The notes beneath the pieces are model-generated. The model was not told where the DNA came from. It saw only the letters and a program-made list of their open reading frames with translations, and did no database searches. The position numbers and the translations under genes are program-made. From Copranaerobaculum intestinale (GTDB taxonomy: Bacteria; Bacillota_I; Bacilli_A; Erysipelotrichales; Erysipelotrichaceae): a stretch of DNA of 32,000 nucleotides. Within the stretch, counting starts at the first letter, position 1, and each line of letters begins with the position of its first letter. Positions 27,649-32,000 of this stretch are shown here, in pieces. The stretch spans positions 1-32,000 of the forward strand of contig NZ_WUUQ01000001.1 in the NCBI RefSeq assembly GCF_009831105.1. Reading direction: 5' to 3'.

Positions 27649-27671
27649 CATGGAGATTCTTATATGATTCA

Positions 27672-28103
27672 TTATGCAAATGGGTCATCTTCCTCCTCAT
27701 CCGGAAGATCATCCGCGTGAAAGCGTCCGATTTGCTGACGGCCGGTTTCAAGTACCGACTGCAGCATGACTTCGTAATCCATATCCTGCTGGCGGTTCAT
27801 CAGCAGCTCCATCAGCATACCGACGTTCACCCCGTAAATCACATCGACATGTTCCATAGAAAGTGCAAGCATCATCGCTTGATTGAAGGGAGTTCCATGG
27901 AACAGATCACAGCATATCAGCACCTTTTCGCAGGCAGACAGTTTTTCACAAGCAGCTTTCAATTCACTGCCGAGTTTGTCAGGATCGGTTGACTGCGGGA
28001 AATTCACTTTTTGATAATTGGACTGTGCCCCGATAATCAATTCGATAGAGCTGCTGATACCATCCGCAAAGTATCCGTGCCCGGTTACAATAATTCCGAT
28101 CAT
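27672..28103 (-). CDS. PTS mannose-family EIIA component (operon B)
   Basis: MIGIIVTGHGYFADG has the EIIA phospho-His motif. Paralog of 14630-15064. Confidence 0.85.
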   Translation of the reverse strand: MIGIIVTGHGYFADGISSSIELIIGAQSNYQKVNFPQSTDPDKLGSELKAACEKLSACEKVLICCDLFHGTPFNQAMMLALSMEHVDVIYGVNVGMLMELLMNRQQDMDYEVMLQSVLETGRQQIGRFHADDLPDEEEDDPFA

Positions 28104-28107
28104 AGCT

Positions 28108-29193
28108 TTATTCCGGTAAATGTGCCAACTGATCTGTAAATGGATTTATTCCGGTATCAATTCCGATATCAAGCGCACCTTTTGCAGATACGAACTGAAA
28201 TGGCACGGTATACATCAATGGAGCTAAATATTTATTCGTTTTTACGCTGAAGTTTACATCACGATCATCAACATCCGTATCCTTGCAGGTAATCAAATGT
28301 ACGCGATCCGTATATTTTTTGAAAACCTTACGGAATTCCAGCATGCGATTCCATTCCGCATCATCCGAACCGATCATAAACAGTGTCTGCTGTTTCGTGA
28401 TCGCCATCGTCGGGCCATGAGCATATTCTTCGATCTCATAACCGATGGTCGGCAGCCGCAGCATCTCGCCGATCTTCAGCATACCTTCTAAAACCGAACC
28501 ATAATCCACACCGTATCCTAACACATAGATGCGATCAGAATTCACAATGGTTGTCTTATTTCGTTCATACCACGCTTCACTCTCATCGACAACGGTTTCA
28601 AATTGATCCGTCAAATGCTTGACTGCTGCCATCTCTTCCTCATATTTTTGATCATCATAAATGTGCAGCGCCTTCGCTGCGCCGAGTACCCAAAGGTACA
28701 GCGTCAGCAGCGTAACCGTATAACCGCGGGTTTCCGGAGGCGTCAGCTCCTTACCGCAAAGCAGGTGCACAACCTGATCGACATGCTTGGTAATTTCAGA
28801 GTTAAGATCTTCCGTCAGTGCCAACGTCAAATAACCGTTTGCTTTTGCAAATTTCATTACATCAACCGTGGAAATGGACGTTCCGGATTGTGATATTCCT
28901 ACAAATAATATCTGCTCTTTTTTCAGCGTACCAGTCCAATCTGCCTTTTCATAATTTTGAAATACAGTCGGATATTGTCCGGATGCATCAATTCCCAATA
29001 TCTGCTTGAAATAGTATGATGCGATGATTGATGCGTTATAGGAAGTTCCCGATCCAAAGAAAATCACTTTCTTAATATCATGACGTTTAAAAACTTCCAC
29101 AAACGGATCAACAAATTCACTTTGATGAGCAAAGGCAGCCTGCAATGCACGCGGCTGATCCTTCATATATCCTAAAACCGTTGGTTTATCCAT
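28108..29193 (-). CDS. Double SIS-domain protein, putative sugar-amine-6-phosphate deglycase/deaminase (operon B)
   Basis: 361 aa. KKVIFFGSGTSYNAS...VGISQSGTSIST. Collinear paralog of 15061-16152 (MDKPTVLGYMKDQPRAL versus MEKPTVIGYIMDQPRAL). Confidence 0.8.
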   Translation of the reverse strand: MDKPTVLGYMKDQPRALQAAFAHQSEFVDPFVEVFKRHDIKKVIFFGSGTSYNASIIASYYFKQILGIDASGQYPTVFQNYEKADWTGTLKKEQILFVGISQSGTSISTVDVMKFAKANGYLTLALTEDLNSEITKHVDQVVHLLCGKELTPPETRGYTVTLLTLYLWVLGAAKALHIYDDQKYEEEMAAVKHLTDQFETVVDESEAWYERNKTTIVNSDRIYVLGYGVDYGSVLEGMLKIGEMLRLPTIGYEIEEYAHGPTMAITKQQTLFMIGSDDAEWNRMLEFRKVFKKYTDRVHLITCKDTDVDDRDVNFSVKTNKYLAPLMYTVPFQFVSAKGALDIGIDTGINPFTDQLAHLPE

Positions 29194-29216
29194 AATGGTA
29201 CCATCCTTCCTTCATT

Positions 29217-29699
29217 CTAAATTGATTTGATCATTTCACTGAAATCTTCTTTCGTATCGCTCGGCGTCATCTGTGAATACAGCTTGATACCGTGCTGTGC
29301 CAGCTTTTCAAAATTCGCCTTATCTTCTGGTGAGATAAATAACGTCCGTTTTAAGGACTTCGTATTTTCTTTACTGGACATATTCCCAACTGTGATGGAC
29401 GGAAACGTAAATCCGGCTTCTACCATCTCCAACAAAGGCTTTGGTCCGCTGCAAAGAATCATGACCTTACTTCCCTTATCCAAATGCCGCTTGAATTTTT
29501 CAGCAGCTGAGGAAGCGCTCAAAATGGCCAATGCGACTTTGGGCGGACAGCCGAATTTCAACGCCGTTTTACGCATGCTGTCATGTACGATCTCATTATC
29601 GACAATGACGATCCGATCCACCTGATAGTGCGGAATCCAATATCCGCAAACCTGTCCGTGAATCAATCGATCATCAATTCTCACATCTACGATAGCCAT
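29217..29699 (-). CDS. PTS mannose-family EIIB component (operon B)
   Basis: MAIVDVRIDDRLIHGQV motif. 160 aa. Confidence 0.85.
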   Translation of the reverse strand: MAIVDVRIDDRLIHGQVCGYWIPHYQVDRIVIVDNEIVHDSMRKTALKFGCPPKVALAILSASSAAEKFKRHLDKGSKVMILCSGPKPLLEMVEAGFTFPSITVGNMSSKENTKSLKRTLFISPEDKANFEKLAQHGIKLYSQMTPSDTKEDFSEMIKSI

Positions 29700-29714
29700 A
29701 ATGATTCCTCCCGT

Positions 29715-30548
29715 TTAACCTAAAATACCGAATACACCGCCAAGGAATCCCACTACAATGATCCCCAAGATAATGTATACCACTTTTATTTTCTTGCGCA
29801 GGCATCCAAAAATAATCAAGGTTGCCGTTAATGAAAGCAGCTGTGGCATGACCTGATCCAAATATTCCTGAATGACAATTTTACTGCCTGAAATGGTAAA
29901 GGTCAGTGGTGATGTCAAGCCTACCCATGATGCAATCATACAGCCAACTGCCGCGACACCGACAATGCCGGCACAGTATGTGAACAGCTCCATCTTCCCC
30001 GATTCTTCCATTTGCGTAAGCATTGTACTGCCGTTGCGATAACCAAATTTCAAACCGTACCATCTGGTTAAGAAATTCGGAATATTAAATAGAATCAACA
30101 ATGCGAACGGCGCTATAATATTTCCTTCCTTGGCAAACGATACACCGATAGCACAGGCGATGATTCTAAAAATACCCCAGAAGAAAGTATCGCCGATACC
30201 GGACAGCGGTCCCATCAGCGCAACCTTGATCGCATTGATAGAAGTAACATCGAAATTCGGATCACGCTTTGCATTTTCTTCCATTGCCACCGTAATGCCC
30301 ATGACAAATGGCGACGGCGCAACCGTCATGTTAAATGCTTCCATATGACGATGCATCGCTGTTTTATACGCTTCGTCATCATCTTTATATATTTTGCGCA
30401 GTGCCGGGCGGATTGCATATAAGAAGCCTAAGCCTTCCATTCGCTCATAATTGAAGGAACCCAATAAGGTAAAGGAACGCCAGAAAATCTGCCGGAAGTC
30501 CTTTTTCGTCAAATTATTTTCTGCACTTACAATATTATTTTTACTCAT
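29715..30548 (-). CDS. PTS mannose-family EIID component (operon B)
   Basis: FWRSFTLLGSFNYERMEGLGF...MGPLSGIGDTFFWG. The ATG at 30548 (MSKNNIV) aligns with the operon A paralog start (MSKDKNF) and is 9 nt from GGAGG. The longer ORF start at 30569 would overlap EIIC by 17 nt. Confidence 0.88.
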   Translation of the reverse strand: MSKNNIVSAENNLTKKDFRQIFWRSFTLLGSFNYERMEGLGFLYAIRPALRKIYKDDDEAYKTAMHRHMEAFNMTVAPSPFVMGITVAMEENAKRDPNFDVTSINAIKVALMGPLSGIGDTFFWGIFRIIACAIGVSFAKEGNIIAPFALLILFNIPNFLTRWYGLKFGYRNGSTMLTQMEESGKMELFTYCAGIVGVAAVGCMIASWVGLTSPLTFTISGSKIVIQEYLDQVMPQLLSLTATLIIFGCLRKKIKVVYIILGIIVVGFLGGVFGILG

Positions 30549-30552
30549 ATCC

Positions 30553-31314
30553 TTATTCCTCCCACTCATCGACTTTCGCCTGCATACTCGATGACTTCAG
30601 TAAATATACGATCCAGGCGATACCAATTGCGATTGCAGTTACCGCAACCATTGTCAAATCGGTGTAAGCTGTGATAATGAATCCCAAGATGAAAAACGGA
30701 ATCAAATCTTTTTCCAACAGCAAATTCAGCAGCAGCGCAAATCCCATCGCCGGCAAAATCTTCGAAACTGCTGCCATACCGGCATTTGCCCATTCCGGAA
30801 AACTGTCAACAATACCCTGAATCGCGCCATTGCCGAAATACATAACGATAAAGGTCAAAGAAAAATACATCATAAAATCACAGAAGCCACATAAATAATG
30901 CATGTATTCAACCTGTTTGTCCTTACCTTGATCAATCAGTTTATCCGCATGATGCATAACTCCGGAATATGCGGTCATCAGCAGTGTTCCCAAAAACTGC
31001 ATAATGACAGCTACCGGCAGTCCAAAGGTTATCGCTATTTCGGCGCCTTTGCCGGTGGTGAGGGCGATCGCCGTACCCATTGTACCTCCGGTACCGATGT
31101 TCAGCTGTGCTGTAGGACCGATTCCGGTAGCGCCCATCCACATCATCTGCAGCTCTGCTCCGATGATCAATCCTTTTGTAACATCCCCCAAAATCAACCC
31201 CACTAAGAATCCGGTAACGACTGGTTCACGCAGTTTACATTCACCGAGCCAACCACCTTCGAATTGTGTTAAAGCAGCGACAACTCCGACTAGTATTGCT
31301 TGTATTAAGCTCAT
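30553..31314 (-). CDS. PTS mannose-family EIIC component (operon B)
   Basis: 253-aa polytopic protein, a close paralog of 18584-19339 (…REPVVTGFLVGLILGD…MWMGATGIG…GTGGTMGT). Confidence 0.9.
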   Translation of the reverse strand: MSLIQAILVGVVAALTQFEGGWLGECKLREPVVTGFLVGLILGDVTKGLIIGAELQMMWMGATGIGPTAQLNIGTGGTMGTAIALTTGKGAEIAITFGLPVAVIMQFLGTLLMTAYSGVMHHADKLIDQGKDKQVEYMHYLCGFCDFMMYFSLTFIVMYFGNGAIQGIVDSFPEWANAGMAAVSKILPAMGFALLLNLLLEKDLIPFFILGFIITAYTDLTMVAVTAIAIGIAWIVYLLKSSSMQAKVDEWEE

Positions 31315-31339
31315 TGTTTATATCCTCCCTATCAATTAT

Positions 31340-31440
31340 TGGTATTTCAATGATATAACCGGATACGATCCTCCTTTCAAGTGGTATACATCTAATGCAT
31401 TGTATATCATATATACCAGTATATTACATATATACCACTT
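31340..31440 (-). promoter_or_regulatory. Operon B promoter region with repeated TGGTATA/TATACCA operator half-sites
   Basis: AAGTGGTATA (31379-31388) and its inverse TATACCACTT (31431-31440). Extra half-sites are TATACCA (31412-31418) and TGGTAT (31340-31345). AT-rich -10-like hexamers lie between them (for example TTGCAA-17-TATATG on the minus strand). Confidence 0.45.
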
Positions 31441-31458
31441 AATATTCATAATTGCAAT

Positions 31459-31492
31459 AAAAAAGAATGAAATAACATAAATATTTCATTCT
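31459..31492 (-). terminator. Rho-independent terminator after gntR-B
   Basis: AGAATGAAATA (31464-31474), 7-nt loop, TATTTCATTCT (31482-31492), followed on the minus strand by UUUUUUAUU. Confidence 0.6.
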
Positions 31493-31497
31493 TATTC

Positions 31498-32000
31498 TTA
31501 TACCTCTGTCAGATATTTTACCGCTGTATATTCCGATTTATGATAAGAGCGGGTAAACTCCGTAATTTTGTGATGAATATCAAATCCGAAATAATTAAAA
31601 TGAAAAATACACTTTCCCGGATCGATTTCTAATACTTCAGCATACTCGTCAGGAACCTTTTCCACCTGCAGATACGATACTACCTTCTGTGGACAATGCC
31701 CGTATATATCCATGTAATCATATAAAGAGTCCTCTTCAAAATTGAACCTTTCGGCATTTTGAAACAAATTACAGGGGAAGTACGCCTCCTGCACCGCATA
31801 GGGATGATCGTTCACCAATGAAAGGCGAACCAACTGGTATACATCTTCTGTATCAGGGAAATAATCAGCGATCTCTCCGGCTGCCGCGATTTTGGTAAAG
31901 GCCAGCACCCGACGGGAGGATTTCATACCGCCTTTTTTAATGGTAGCCTTTAAGCTGACGTTTTCTTCGGTACCCAAGGTTACTTTTTTTTCAATGATCG
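31498..32000 (-). CDS. GntR/HutC-family regulator, C-terminal (UTRA) part; the N-terminus lies beyond the right edge
   Basis: The reading frame stays open to position 32000 (…IIEKKVTLGTEENVSL…). The track's M at 31977 is a TTG inside the frame. The visible part is collinear with the UTRA half of gntR-A (…YQLVRLSLVNDHPYAVQEAYFP…SLYDYMD…). Confidence 0.8.
   Translation of the reverse strand, partial: IIEKKVTLGTEENVSLKATIKKGGMKSSRRVLAFTKIAAAGEIADYFPDTEDVYQLVRLSLVNDHPYAVQEAYFPCNLFQNAERFNFEEDSLYDYMDIYGHCPQKVVSYLQVEKVPDEYAEVLEIDPGKCIFHFNYFGFDIHHKITEFTRSYHKSEYTAVKYLTEV

Noticed and set aside
27479-27751. 90-aa basic minus-strand ORF between the LytTR gene and EIIA-B.
   Set aside because: It overlaps the 3' end of the EIIA gene out of frame and runs through both terminator hairpins. 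The Lys/Arg-rich translation is typical of random AT-rich DNA.

Overview
All but two genes in this window lie on the minus strand. The sequence looks like a low-GC Gram-positive (Bacillota) chromosome. The 16S 5' end and a mollicute-like RpoB suggest an Erysipelotrichaceae-like organism, but that is an inference I have not checked by any search.

**Left third (1-11.7 kb): conserved core.**
- 5' end of a 16S rRNA gene with a candidate rrn promoter.
- rpoC, rpoB, a ybxB-position SAM methyltransferase, rplL, rplJ (with L10-leader attenuator), rplA and rplK.

**11.9-14.6 kb: housekeeping and minor accessory genes.**
- A MerR/GyrI-like regulator.
- A C39-like cysteine-peptidase lipoprotein.
- proC.

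**Remainder: two paralogous mannose-family PTS operons.**
- Each operon has double-SIS-domain enzymes and GntR/HutC regulators. I predict Amadori-compound or amino-sugar uptake with deglycase activity.
- Operon A spans 14630-21295 and operon B spans 27672 to beyond 32000.

**Between the operons: a 6.3 kb accessory segment.**
- A membrane-anchored EEP-family protein.
- An ANT(6) aminoglycoside nucleotidyltransferase.
- An XRE-HTH/TPR (RNPP-like) regulator.
- A sharply AT-rich islet with a secreted putative-amidase-domain protein, a small polytopic membrane protein and a divergent orphan LytTR regulator.

**Most interesting items.**
- The AT-rich LytTR/membrane/hydrolase islet is the best candidate for an undescribed module.
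- A stand-alone UTRA-domain gene is translationally coupled to a full-length GntR regulator.
- A shared TGGTATA/TATACCA operator motif appears in front of both PTS operons.
- RpoB naturally carries Asn at the position equivalent to E. coli H526, which predicts rifamycin insusceptibility.

I saw no CRISPR array, tRNA, transposase or integrase. All coordinates of small motifs were hand-indexed, and no database search was possible.
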